DNA of 34,318 nucleotides, from positions 1-34,318 of the forward strand of contig SDNP01000030.1 in assembly GCA_004524445.1 (NCBI GenBank). The letters run 5' to 3'. Below, piece after piece: positions 1 through 8,944 of this stretch (its first letter is position 1; each line of letters starts with the position of its first letter). Source of the DNA: Candidatus Thorarchaeota archaeon. Lineage in GTDB: Archaea > Asgardarchaeota > Thorarchaeia > Thorarchaeales > Thorarchaeaceae. A program made the position numbers and the translations under genes. The notes under the pieces were generated by a model, which was not told the origin of the DNA, ran no database searches, and worked only from the letters and a program-made list of their open reading frames with translations.

Positions 1-114
1 ATTTTTAGAGGAGAGTTTGGGTGTTCAATCAAAAAAAAGTCGAAGATAAGTAGTTAAATCGCCGATAAGTATATTCAGCACTTCGACCGTCCAAAGAGCG
101 GAGGCAACTCCCGA

Positions 115-885
115 ATGGAAGTGGAACTAGTCATAGAAACAAAGGATGTAATCGTATACTTCATTGCGGTTCTATATGCAGTATTGGTTCTGGCAACTGG
201 TGATGTCGCCCGAAGAAGGCTGAATATGAGCCCTGATTTCACAAGAAAGATAATTCACCTTTTTGCGGGTGCAGCAATTTGGACTGTGCCATACTACCCT
301 CATCCCTGGGTTGCCACACTCGTCGCTCTGACATTCGTCATCATGTTGGGAATGGCGAGCATTGATAGATTCAGCAATTTCTTTTCTGCAATGGCCAGGC
401 CGGAAGACCTTGACCATGGTAGTGTCAGAGGCCCTTTCTGGTATGCCGTTTCGATTACGGTTCTAACGGGAGTATTCACATTCACAGGCTATGACAGATT
501 CTACTTCATAGCAGCTGCAGCGATTCATATTATGATGTTCGGAGATGGAATGTCGGCTCCTATCGGAATGAGGTACGGGCTAAATTCAACACGAGAGATC
601 TTCGGTTCAAAGCGAAGTACTCATGGCTGTCTAGCCCTTTTCGTATTTGGATTTCTTGGGGCGCTACTGGCATTCTGGTGGTTTGGCATTGTGAATTATG
701 GTGTGTTTGTTAGTAATGGCAATATACTATGGCTTGAAATGATAGTGTTGGCACTAGTTGGATCAATTGCTGCTACACTTGTAGAACTAGTCAGTCCAAA
801 AGGAACAGATAATACCACACTTCCAATTGCTTCTACAGTAGTAATGCTGCTTGTAGGAATGGCAATGGGGCTGGTTGCTCTATAA
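115..885 (+). CDS. Dolichol/phytol (polyprenol) kinase family integral membrane protein (CTP-dependent)
   Basis: Multi-TM; RKIIH motif, GDGMSAPIGxxYG, GSKRSTHG and VELVSPKGTDNxxLP motifs typical of the Sec59/VTE5-like kinase family. Confidence 0.85.
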   Translation: MEVELVIETKDVIVYFIAVLYAVLVLATGDVARRRLNMSPDFTRKIIHLFAGAAIWTVPYYPHPWVATLVALTFVIMLGMASIDRFSNFFSAMARPEDLDHGSVRGPFWYAVSITVLTGVFTFTGYDRFYFIAAAAIHIMMFGDGMSAPIGMRYGLNSTREIFGSKRSTHGCLALFVFGFLGALLAFWWFGIVNYGVFVSNGNILWLEMIVLALVGSIAATLVELVSPKGTDNTTLPIASTVVMLLVGMAMGLVAL

Positions 886-1461
886 TTACCGGCCTGGCTC
901 AACAACTATTCGGTAGTAGTATGTCTTTCCTGCAGTAGGGCTCTCTCTCTCAATTCTAATGACCTGCCCAACCTTGGCTCCGAGAACTCTTGCAGCAGGA
1001 TCATTTCTCCTGATTCTTGGAAATTGGGACTTGTCAATCCCATAATGCTCAGTGACCAAGTCAACTTCATCCTTGCTCGCGATTGTATGCTTTGGCACAA
1101 GTTGGTGACCAAATAGTTCGAATGAAGGATATCCTCCCTCAATTAGCTCTACCCGGGTGGCCCTAGCATGCTTCTTGGCTGCAGGAGTGAAACGGTCGCC
1201 GCCAACAATCATCCCTTCTTGGGCATTATGGTCAGCCATGTCGCGTACAACATCCCGCACCAGAGCAATCCCGATGACCTTCGGAACTTTGTAAATCCAT
1301 ACTGCTTTCTTTAGTATGTCATCTTCAATACGCTTTCGGGGGTACATCTGAAATCGGTTTTCATACTCCAGAAGCTCGTCAGCCTGATACCCTCTAAGAT
1401 TTAGCAAGTCTCTTGTCTTGATAACCATTTCAGGAAGCTCTGCCAACTTCAATACACCCAC
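886..1461 (-). CDS. rpoH: RNA polymerase subunit Rpo5/RpoH with an N-terminal restriction-endonuclease-fold (jaw) domain, i.e. eukaryotic Rpb5-like architecture
   Basis: C-terminal HQLVPKH...QFPRIRRNDPAARVLGAKVGQVIRIERESPTAGKTYYYRIVV is the Rpo5/Rpb5 assembly domain; the extra ~115 N-terminal aa carry LRGY and IGIALVRD...GMIV...FTPAAKK. Exact start uncertain (GTG 1461 or a downstream TTG/ATG). Confidence 0.9.
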   Translation of the reverse strand: MGVLKLAELPEMVIKTRDLLNLRGYQADELLEYENRFQMYPRKRIEDDILKKAVWIYKVPKVIGIALVRDVVRDMADHNAQEGMIVGGDRFTPAAKKHARATRVELIEGGYPSFELFGHQLVPKHTIASKDEVDLVTEHYGIDKSQFPRIRRNDPAARVLGAKVGQVIRIERESPTAGKTYYYRIVVEPGR

Positions 1462-1491
1462 GAAAGACGATTCTGGTTCGTTTTCATAACC

Positions 1492-1499
1492 ATATAAGG
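1492..1499 (-). promoter_or_regulatory. Probable TATA box for rpoH (CCTTATAT on minus strand), implying a very short or absent leader
   Basis: TTATAT about 30 nt upstream of the GTG start, the usual archaeal TATA spacing. Confidence 0.45.
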
Positions 1500-1577
1500 C
1501 TTGTCAAGTGTTCGGTCAATACGTTTACACAATTGCTCTTACATCTTGATTTTGATGCTGCTATGACCTCATGTCGA

Positions 1578-1700
1578 TTAGTCGCCATCGTATATTCTCA
1601 TTGGCTCGCCACAACATACTAAGGTTCCAGCGCCAGATTTCTTTACAACAACAATTTGCTGACATATATCACAGACATAGGTTGCTCCTTCTTTAGCCAT
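1578..1700 (-). CDS. Desulforedoxin (stand-alone FeCys4 iron-binding protein), 40 aa; not in ORF track
   Basis: Manual translation: MAKEGATYVCDICQQIVVVKKSGAGTLVCCGEPMRIYDGD*; YxCxxC...GxGxLVCCGxPM is the desulforedoxin signature; alternative in-frame ATG at 1709. Confidence 0.88.
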   Translation of the reverse strand: MAKEGATYVCDICQQIVVVKKSGAGTLVCCGEPMRIYDGD

Positions 1701-1861
1701 CGTTATCATCCTGCTAGTATTGATTGTGGAGACTGATATCACTGTCATTTATGGCTTTCTCAATAACACTTGGTAGAAGCAAATCCTCATGGTTCGACCT
1801 ATAGCCTCATATTCGGGGTGTTGGTGCCCTCTAGATAATAGAATTTAACGAGGTCAATCAT

Positions 1862-2770
1862 GTGAAGAATTCTAGAGCCAAATTACTGATGATTTTCGCA
1901 TCAATGATATGGGGTTCTTCATTTGTTGTTGGACGATGGGCGATAGCATTTGTTGATCCAATACCCCTAGCATTTTGGGAGAATGTTTTTGGTTTCATTA
2001 TTTTACTTGCTGCATTAATGCTGAAGAGAAAAGGAAACTTGATTGACCTACTAAGAGATATTTTTTCCAGACGTGAAATCATCGTTTTGGGAGTGCTTAA
2101 TGGACTAGCCTATGCACTACAATATATTTCTCTCTCCTTGACAACGGCGATTAATTCTAGTCTCCTAGTGAATCTTGGCATTAGCACCCTCGTTCCATTG
2201 TTTGCACACATAATGTCTACCGAAAGAATAACAAAACGAAAAATACTCGCTCTAATTCTGGGGCTCATAGGTGCAGGATTAATATCTACAGGCGGCGACC
2301 TGTCAACACTTGCTGAGGGGCGAATCCTAGGTGACATGCTGGCTTTGAGTGTGGGAGCATGTTGGGCCGTTTGGATTGTGGTTGCAGATAGTGCCTTAGA
2401 GAATGTAGAGGGTCCACTGGAGGTTGCAGCACCGAATGCAGGTTTCACTGTTTTGATACTCGGGTTGACCACAGCACTCATGGGAGGGTTGACTAATAGT
2501 ATCATTTTGGGAACAGAAACGGTTTTCTCTATCATTTACTTGGGCGTTTTTTCAATTGGTCTAGCCTATCTATTCTACTATGAGGCTCTGAAAGATATGG
2601 GAGGCACTGCCTCTGCTCTATATCTGCTTCTTCAAGCTGCAGTGACAATGTCATTAGGTGTCCTATTACTGAACGAAAATCTCACACCAATTCTCGTTTT
2701 TGGTGCTATGCTAATCATGATTGCGATTGTATTTGTTGAGGATAAAGAGCAAAAAGAATTTGACCAGTGA
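1862..2770 (+). CDS. DMT superfamily (EamA) transporter
   Basis: IWGSSFVV, about 10 TM helices in two repeats, GVLLLNENLT...GAMLIMIAI terminus. Confidence 0.92.
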   Translation: MKNSRAKLLMIFASMIWGSSFVVGRWAIAFVDPIPLAFWENVFGFIILLAALMLKRKGNLIDLLRDIFSRREIIVLGVLNGLAYALQYISLSLTTAINSSLLVNLGISTLVPLFAHIMSTERITKRKILALILGLIGAGLISTGGDLSTLAEGRILGDMLALSVGACWAVWIVVADSALENVEGPLEVAAPNAGFTVLILGLTTALMGGLTNSIILGTETVFSIIYLGVFSIGLAYLFYYEALKDMGGTASALYLLLQAAVTMSLGVLLLNENLTPILVFGAMLIMIAIVFVEDKEQKEFDQ

Positions 2771-2870
2771 TTGGATATAATTCAGGTAGTTTAAAAAAGT
2801 AGGAAGCTGCTAGATAGATACATATAGCATAGATGTCATTCTTGACAATTGAAGGGAAGAGGCGATACTA

Positions 2871-3296
2871 TTGGCCGGACTTACAAAAGGAAAAATCGCT
2901 GATGTAAAAACAAAGAAAGAAATCACCCTGCCACAGGAATTTTTCGATAATCCTATCTTGCAGGACATGAAAGCTGCCATGGTAATTTATTTTGAAAGGT
3001 CTGGCGAGGTTAGGCTTATACCCATGATGAAGAAGGGAGGCGCACGAGTGCGTCTCGAAGTTGAAAAAGTCAACCCTGCGCTGATGCAGACCATGACGCA
3101 ACTTTTCAAGCAACATGATCTAAAGGTATTATTTACAACTGGGTTCTGTTTCGAGCAAAACAGGTGCATATACGAAGTCTATTTCTCTGCTGATGATATC
3201 GAAGAAAAGAAGGGCAAAATTAGGAGTACCATAGAAAATATTCCAGGCCTATATAACAGCGAGTTTGAGATTCTAAATATTGGAGGAAATTGGTAG
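2871..3296 (+). CDS. Putative AbrB/SpoVT-like N-terminal domain plus ACT-like C-terminal domain regulator
   Basis: N-terminal DVKTKKEITLPQEF...VRLIP resembles the swapped-hairpin pattern; C-terminal beta-alpha-beta-beta-alpha-beta pattern ending IENIPGL resembles ACT. Confidence 0.5.
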   Translation: MAGLTKGKIADVKTKKEITLPQEFFDNPILQDMKAAMVIYFERSGEVRLIPMMKKGGARVRLEVEKVNPALMQTMTQLFKQHDLKVLFTTGFCFEQNRCIYEVYFSADDIEEKKGKIRSTIENIPGLYNSEFEILNIGGNW

Positions 3297-3299
3297 GCT

Positions 3300-3845
3300 T
3301 CATTTTATTTCTAGAGCTACATTATCTTTCACATTTGTTTCAACTAGTTCCAAGTCCAAGTTTAGAAGGGTTTCAAAGTAACCTCGCAGGAATGGTGCTG
3401 GATAGAACGGACTACCTATCACAATCATATCACCCTGGTCACGGAATGACCCCCAACCAAAGGACTCAAGAATCTCGAAGATCAATGCTCTATTTTTCTC
3501 ATCAGTAGGGTTAGCACCATATTCGATTTTGAGAATATCAGATACAGGGGCTTGACTACCTGCTGTCTTGCCAAGTTCGTATTGATCTCCAGGAGTAAGC
3601 TTCGAGAAAAACAGGGATGATACTGTTTCTGACTGAAGCAAAACTCGTACATTGTTAAGATAGATTCCACGCTCGGTCCATTCGTGCACAGTGAAATCCA
3701 AGAACCAGCGAACTGCATCTTCAATCAATTGAGCCCGTGAGCGCCCAACTCTTTCATCAACCAACTTGTCTATTTTGCCCACCAACGGTTGGCTCATGGT
3801 CACGCTGATGATCTTCTTTTTTTGGTCTTCTTGTTTTTTCGGCAT
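3300..3845 (-). CDS. Ribbon-helix-helix (CopG/NikR-like) DNA-binding domain fused to a V4R-like domain
   Basis: IISVTMSQPLVGKIDKLVDERVGRSRAQLIEDAVRWFL is an RHH; YELGKTAG, LESFGWG and FLRGYFE are V4R-like motifs; GAGGAGG Shine-Dalgarno upstream. Confidence 0.75.
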   Translation of the reverse strand: MPKKQEDQKKKIISVTMSQPLVGKIDKLVDERVGRSRAQLIEDAVRWFLDFTVHEWTERGIYLNNVRVLLQSETVSSLFFSKLTPGDQYELGKTAGSQAPVSDILKIEYGANPTDEKNRALIFEILESFGWGSFRDQGDMIVIGSPFYPAPFLRGYFETLLNLDLELVETNVKDNVALEIK

Positions 3846-4096
3846 CAATTGGCCTCCTCACGCCACCCCCAATGGTGACAAAGGTATGCTCATATCTTGT
3901 ATTTGGCTCTGCGGGGATTGAGTATATGAAATGCATTGCTACTATTTGAACCCTTTGGGAAGTGTGCATATGCATCTTTTCTGCAAATGCCGCATATGAA
4001 AAAATCAGTTTTCAGCACTCATCAAAAGCTTAATACAAAGGAACAATACCGGTGCTGTAGGTGTGAAGACTGGCATATTGTGAACTCTGGCTAGAG

Positions 4097-4333
4097 ATGA
4101 AAGAGGGCTTCAAGGTATTCAGAGTAGCACTTCTGGTACCAATTGAATTTGATGTCCCAGGCGAGTTTGAAAAGTCAGCTGTTCAACCCGATCTGCCCGA
4201 AAAGCAACTCTTTGTTTCTGATTGGTTTGATGGGATTGCAGGTGCGAAAGAATTAATGGATGATGCAGCAGAATTCTATGGGGATCGGAAAATAAAGTAT
4301 CTATTCTTTAGAGAGATTCGACGTCCAGCGTAA
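4097..4333 (+). CDS. Hypothetical protein (78 aa)
   Basis: ATG-started ORF in otherwise free space, protein-like composition, AAAGCTTAAT promoter-like element at 4025-4034. Confidence 0.6.
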   Translation: MKEGFKVFRVALLVPIEFDVPGEFEKSAVQPDLPEKQLFVSDWFDGIAGAKELMDDAAEFYGDRKIKYLFFREIRRPA

Positions 4334-4371
4334 AGGTGCTTTAGCAGCATTTTATGTACATAAAGTTAGAA

Positions 4372-4392
4372 GAGAGGGACATTGCCCCTCTC
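4372..4392 (-). terminator. Hairpin between convergent genes (putative terminator)
   Basis: GAGAGGG-N7-CCCTCTC inverted repeat, followed on the minus strand by pyrimidine-rich TTCTAACTTT. Confidence 0.55.
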
Positions 4393-4409
4393 GAAATTAG
4401 AACTTTCTA

Positions 4410-5051
4410 CTAAGTTATTGGGAATCCCACAAGACCGGGCTGAACCAATACCACTATTCCAACTGCAAGGGCAGCCAGTCCAATCAAGATGAGAACAGGA
4501 CGGGATGAAAATATCTTCCCGATTAGTTCAATCAGCTTAATGATTAGTCCACCAATAACATAGACAACACAGAAGATGACAACCCCAATCACTGCCATCC
4601 ATTTGAGTGAGATAATTTGCTCAATATACCCACCAATTATTGGTTCCGACACAAGCGGGGCAAGAAATCCATAGATAGTAAATGTAGCAAAGGCAGCCAC
4701 TGCAACGGCAAATACCAAAGCAAGTGGGAACTTGGATAAGACCCTCATGGTCAGAGCGAAACCTGCCAGAATAAGTACACCTGCAACGATTACCGCTCCA
4801 GGATATGTCACATATACAACATAGCCAACAAGAATGTCAAGTATCCCCAGAAAGAATCCCACAAATGTTCCGATTTTAACGAGCAAGTCAAAAATCAAAC
4901 CAAGAAGGGGAATGGGATCGGTTATGTTCTCCAGAAGCCATGCAGCACCTATGATGCCGGTTGCCACCAGAACCCATCCTATTACCCATGGGTCTGCCAG
5001 CCATGCCATTATTTCACCAAGACTAAGATCAAAAACTCCGAATTGTAGCAT
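4410..5051 (-). CDS. Hypothetical polytopic membrane protein
   Basis: About 6-7 hydrophobic segments; GAGGTG Shine-Dalgarno upstream of ATG. Confidence 0.75.
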   Translation of the reverse strand: MLQFGVFDLSLGEIMAWLADPWVIGWVLVATGIIGAAWLLENITDPIPLLGLIFDLLVKIGTFVGFFLGILDILVGYVVYVTYPGAVIVAGVLILAGFALTMRVLSKFPLALVFAVAVAAFATFTIYGFLAPLVSEPIIGGYIEQIISLKWMAVIGVVIFCVVYVIGGLIIKLIELIGKIFSSRPVLILIGLAALAVGIVVLVQPGLVGFPIT

Positions 5052-5103
5052 TCAGTGCACCTCGCGATTGCTATTCGCAAATGACTACATAGCATCCTAT
5101 AAA

Positions 5104-6633
5104 CTATTCTAGACTGAAGCTCAGACCTATGAAAGCGCCTGCAAAGGTCAGGGAGAGCAGATAGATAGTTATCGAAAGAAAGGCAATTAGTTTTGGATGC
5201 TCTCCACCAACCATCTTTGTTGATTGAAGAGCAGTGAATGCGGTAGTCAAACCCACAGCTGCTAGTAGTGGATACATATCAATGATTGATTTCGAATGAG
5301 GAACAATTCCCTGATTATTCGATAGCAGTGATGCAAGAGAAAGAAAGGGTGCGAGTGATGTTAGAAAACCCAGCACCAACGCACTGGTCAAGCTCAGTAT
5401 ATATACCTTCAATCGCTGCGCGGCTATTATTGTATCTCTCTCTTTAGCCACTTCAGAACGCTCAACTAATCTGGTAGCAATCTTACGAATGCGGACACCA
5501 GCATCTCTAGCTGAAGATGCAACCATGAGCCAAAGCAAGTTGAGAATTTGCGCTACACGTACCCCTAATGCCTTATCCGAGGCCTTGGAAAGGGCCTCCT
5601 CCAAGCTGCAATTTTTGGAGTTTAAGCATTCCAATGCAGGGTCTAATAATCGTTGTACTTCTTTCCCTATATCATCACGAACCTCGAAGAGGGCAACTTC
5701 GAGCGTGTCGCCAAGAGATAATCTTTCTCCAAGAAGAATCAAGAAGTTCAGAAATTCATCGTATTCTTCTATCACCTGATTCTGAGATGGCTGACCCAAC
5801 CCAGTTTCTCTCGGAGTATCAAAGTAGGTCGAATATCTGTTGGAGAATCTTTTTCGCAAGAGTAGAGCGAGAACGGAAAAAGCGGGAAATAAAAGTATCA
5901 CCAGCGGATTTTCCGCGGCACCATTGAGTGATAGTGCCAATACTGCGACTATAGGTAAGTAAGTCAACAGCGCAGTTGTCACGAGAAGCCTACTCTCAAG
6001 CTCTAGGTTCTTTTGTCTAAGAGTCATATCAGCTTCATACGACTCTCCTGATACCATATCGAGCAGGTCTACATCTCTCTCAGTCGCAGAGAGAATCGTG
6101 ATGATATACCTCCGCATATCCTGCGATGGCTGGTTATTGGCGAAATTCATAAGTGCCCGTTCAGGAGAAACGCCCTTCTGAATCTCACCTAGTATTCTCT
6201 GAAAAGCCTTCGAAAGGTATGGATGTTCTGATTTGGCAATCATTTCTATAGCGTCAAAAATGGTTCCGCCTGCTTGGTAGACTAAGGCGAACTGCTCAAA
6301 CATCAAATCAGATTGCTCGGATAACATTAGCTTGTGCTGGTTCATCAATGATATTGGATAGTAAACAATGGCATAGAATGAAAGCAGAGTCAGAAGCACA
6401 GATATTAGTGTCACCAGTATCCAAAGTACTCCAGCGAGAGATAGAATCACAACAGATCCTATGAGGGTAAAGATTCCTATCAGATAAGCAGTTGAAACTA
6501 CGCTTTCGGGCGACAGCTTCATGGAAGGAGAGAGGAAACCGCAAGCTTTTGCAAGTTTTTCCTTTGTGTCCTTGGGAGCATAATGGGGAAGAGGTGCTTT
6601 GGAACCAACTCGACATAGCTTCTCGAATGACAA
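5104..6633 (-). CDS. Type II secretion system F / TadC / FlaJ-like pilus-assembly platform membrane protein
   Basis: Two T2SSF-like cytoplasmic domains (GGTIFDAIEMIA...LSKAFQRILGEIQKGVSPERAL; LGDTLEVAL...SLEEAL), each followed by TM helices. Confidence 0.8.
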   Translation of the reverse strand: MSFEKLCRVGSKAPLPHYAPKDTKEKLAKACGFLSPSMKLSPESVVSTAYLIGIFTLIGSVVILSLAGVLWILVTLISVLLTLLSFYAIVYYPISLMNQHKLMLSEQSDLMFEQFALVYQAGGTIFDAIEMIAKSEHPYLSKAFQRILGEIQKGVSPERALMNFANNQPSQDMRRYIITILSATERDVDLLDMVSGESYEADMTLRQKNLELESRLLVTTALLTYLPIVAVLALSLNGAAENPLVILLFPAFSVLALLLRKRFSNRYSTYFDTPRETGLGQPSQNQVIEEYDEFLNFLILLGERLSLGDTLEVALFEVRDDIGKEVQRLLDPALECLNSKNCSLEEALSKASDKALGVRVAQILNLLWLMVASSARDAGVRIRKIATRLVERSEVAKERDTIIAAQRLKVYILSLTSALVLGFLTSLAPFLSLASLLSNNQGIVPHSKSIIDMYPLLAAVGLTTAFTALQSTKMVGGEHPKLIAFLSITIYLLSLTFAGAFIGLSFSLE

Positions 6634-6686
6634 CTCTTTTTCCTCGATAATGCTCTCATAGTAGCATTAGATAAATTACCCGAATT

Positions 6687-7940
6687 TCAAAGGAATTCAG
6701 TTAGTTGCTTCTGGGAGGTGTATTCGTTATATAGGTCACTCGATTCGAGGTACCTCTCCAAGGGTTCCTCTAGGAGGTAGGATATCAAATCTAGAGATTC
6801 TTCAAGGTTTGAAAAATGTCTACCACCTTTCGAAAAGGCACGCCTGGCAATTTCACGGAATCTCCAAACGCCCAACGGAACCCATTTTTTGGGATTGACC
6901 TCCATGAAGATAAGGGCGCCAGCTTGACGTTTCATCTCATCTAATTGTTCCAGCACTGGCAAGCGCGTTGCATAATATGCCCCGACCACATTGCTTGCAT
7001 ACTTCTTTCTCCCCTTGTGCCATTCATAATCGGATAACACTGGAGGATTGGGTGGACCCAACCAGCATTCCAATGCCTCAAATTGCCAAGCGGAGGGCAC
7101 GAATAGTGCAATGACTTTGTTGCCAAGGGCGTAATCCGCATAGACATGGTAATCGTTAATCCATTTGTACCGGAGCACTTTCTTGTGTAGCTCCTTACCT
7201 ATGATATCATCAGTGGCTGTTATGCTCCATTCTGTTGGTACCAATTTCCTTTGCTTCTTTTCACCGAGCAACCCAATTGATAACAAACGCGAAATATGTT
7301 GTTGATTGATGCCTTCTTCAAACAGGTTCATGACACCGGATGTTGCCTTAAGGTCTGTATCCGAAGTCACTTTGTCAACAGGCTTCGGAACGGCTGGATT
7401 GTCACTGAGTTTGAATAGCTGCAAGGGTGCTGAGGGGCCGATCGGAAGAGTTCGCTGAGAGAAGATACTGGTAAAAGAAGGACGCTTTATGAGCTCAGCT
7501 TCAGACTCTAGTGGCGTTTCAGATAGGGCCATTGTCTGTGTTTCATGCAGCAATCTTGGTGGTTCCACGGCAGCATCGACAGGGATTGGTTTCTTTGTCC
7601 GTACTAAACTAAACCTGAGCGTTAGAATCTCGTCAAGGCTTTTATTGAGCCACAAATCCGGGCGTTCCATCAATGATGTTTCTCTGCCGTGAATAGGGGG
7701 CACTAATGGGCCCGCCAGTACTTTGGGATAACCATGAGAACCCACAAACACAGAAGGAGGTGATGATCCGGAGAGGTCTAGACCCGAAACTGCATTCTCG
7801 ATATCGGTTAGGGCCTTTGCTCTCATCAACAACGGGCATGGAGTAATACCGCATAGAGCTCTGTGTCCCATACACCTGGAACAGACTCTATCATTATATG
7901 ATATTCCTGCTCCTGCTGGCTCAAGCTCTTTCTGTGACAT
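6687..7940 (-). CDS. nreA: Nre family archaeal DNA repair protein
   Basis: CxxCxG..LCG..CP N-terminus, GSSPPSVFVG.GYPKV, RKLVPTEWSITATD, GAYYATRL, C-terminal PIP box QKQLTEFL. Confidence 0.93.
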   Translation of the reverse strand: MSQKELEPAGAGISYNDRVCSRCMGHRALCGITPCPLLMRAKALTDIENAVSGLDLSGSSPPSVFVGSHGYPKVLAGPLVPPIHGRETSLMERPDLWLNKSLDEILTLRFSLVRTKKPIPVDAAVEPPRLLHETQTMALSETPLESEAELIKRPSFTSIFSQRTLPIGPSAPLQLFKLSDNPAVPKPVDKVTSDTDLKATSGVMNLFEEGINQQHISRLLSIGLLGEKKQRKLVPTEWSITATDDIIGKELHKKVLRYKWINDYHVYADYALGNKVIALFVPSAWQFEALECWLGPPNPPVLSDYEWHKGRKKYASNVVGAYYATRLPVLEQLDEMKRQAGALIFMEVNPKKWVPLGVWRFREIARRAFSKGGRHFSNLEESLDLISYLLEEPLERYLESSDLYNEYTSQKQLTEFL

Positions 7941-8165
7941 TATGTGTTCTTCTCTCTTCCCACTTCGGTTAACATTTCACTATTGGACGCTTCTAAATAT
8001 TTGGCATTGTAACTAGTAAGCTTCACAAGACAAAACCAAGCTAGCATCATTCAATTGTTCTCTCAGTTTGCTGGAGTCGAATGTTAAAATGTCCACGTTA
8101 CACTAGAATGACAAATTTATCAATCCAGACGGTTTGAAAAGACCAGGAGCAATATCAGAGTGGCA

Positions 8166-8465
8166 ATGTTGACGCGTCGAGAAAGAATTCAGCAGGAACT
8201 AGAGGCGACAGAATATCCATTGACAGCAAAAGATCTATGCGACATCCTAGACATCCGAAGCCGGTCGATTGTATTCGAGGACATTCAACATATTGCCAAG
8301 AGCGTTCAAAATGAGGGCAAGCAGGTCTTAATGAGCCCTGCAAGATGCGGCGAGTGCGACTATGTATTCAGAAGTAGGAAGAGGGCGAAATCACCTTCAA
8401 AGTGTCCAAAATGTAAATCAGAATGGATTCTGCCACCGAGCTTTATCATTCAAGAAATCGATTAA
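8166..8465 (+). CDS. Transcriptional regulator, HTH plus Zn-ribbon (COG3357-like)
   Basis: TRRERI...EDIQHIAKS...PARCGECDYVF...PSKCPKCKSEWI. Confidence 0.88.
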   Translation: MLTRRERIQQELEATEYPLTAKDLCDILDIRSRSIVFEDIQHIAKSVQNEGKQVLMSPARCGECDYVFRSRKRAKSPSKCPKCKSEWILPPSFIIQEID

Positions 8466-8773
8466 TCATTATCGAGTTTATGTACAGCCTTGACCCCAGC
8501 ACCTTCACGCTTGATGCTTGTCACTCGCGAAACATAATAGTCGGACAGCCCGTATTCAGCATCCTCAACATACCCATGTAAAATAACTGGCATCCCAACC
8601 CGCGGTAAGAAGTCGCATTTTTTCATGACGTTGGCAGATAACTTCACTGTATAGGTCTTCCCAGTTTCCTGATTCTGCACAACGATGTTTGTCGAGCCGT
8701 ACCAACGGCGTGCACTTATTCGGGTGGTGTTACTACGACCGACTTCTCTGATTATTCCTTTGACAGATGTCAT
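8462..8773 (-). CDS. Small OB-fold-like hypothetical protein
   Basis: VKGIIREVG...IVVQNQETG...PRVGMPVILHGYV beta pattern typical of OB folds; start may be 8773 or 8815. Confidence 0.55.
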   Translation of the reverse strand: MTSVKGIIREVGRSNTTRISARRWYGSTNIVVQNQETGKTYTVKLSANVMKKCDFLPRVGMPVILHGYVEDAEYGLSDYYVSRVTSIKREGAGVKAVHKLDND

Positions 8774-8944
8774 TGCTTGGCGCCCCTCAATGATTGTCCT
8801 ATTCAAACTGACCATTTACTACAGAATAATCTACTTTTCTATCTGCACATGACCAATAGTTTTCTCCGTTTGTCAGTCAAACTCAATCCATCGATATTGC
8901 ATCATAAGTATCGAGCATAGACTGATTGGTCAACAATCGAGTTA

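Noticed and set aside
886-1461. Mrr restriction endonuclease / defence gene
   Set aside because: No intact catalytic motif, no methylase nearby, and it is fused to a clear Rpo5 domain; Rpb5-like is the better explanation
6687-6715. C-terminal PCNA-interacting motif on Nre as a novelty
   Set aside because: Established feature of the Nre family
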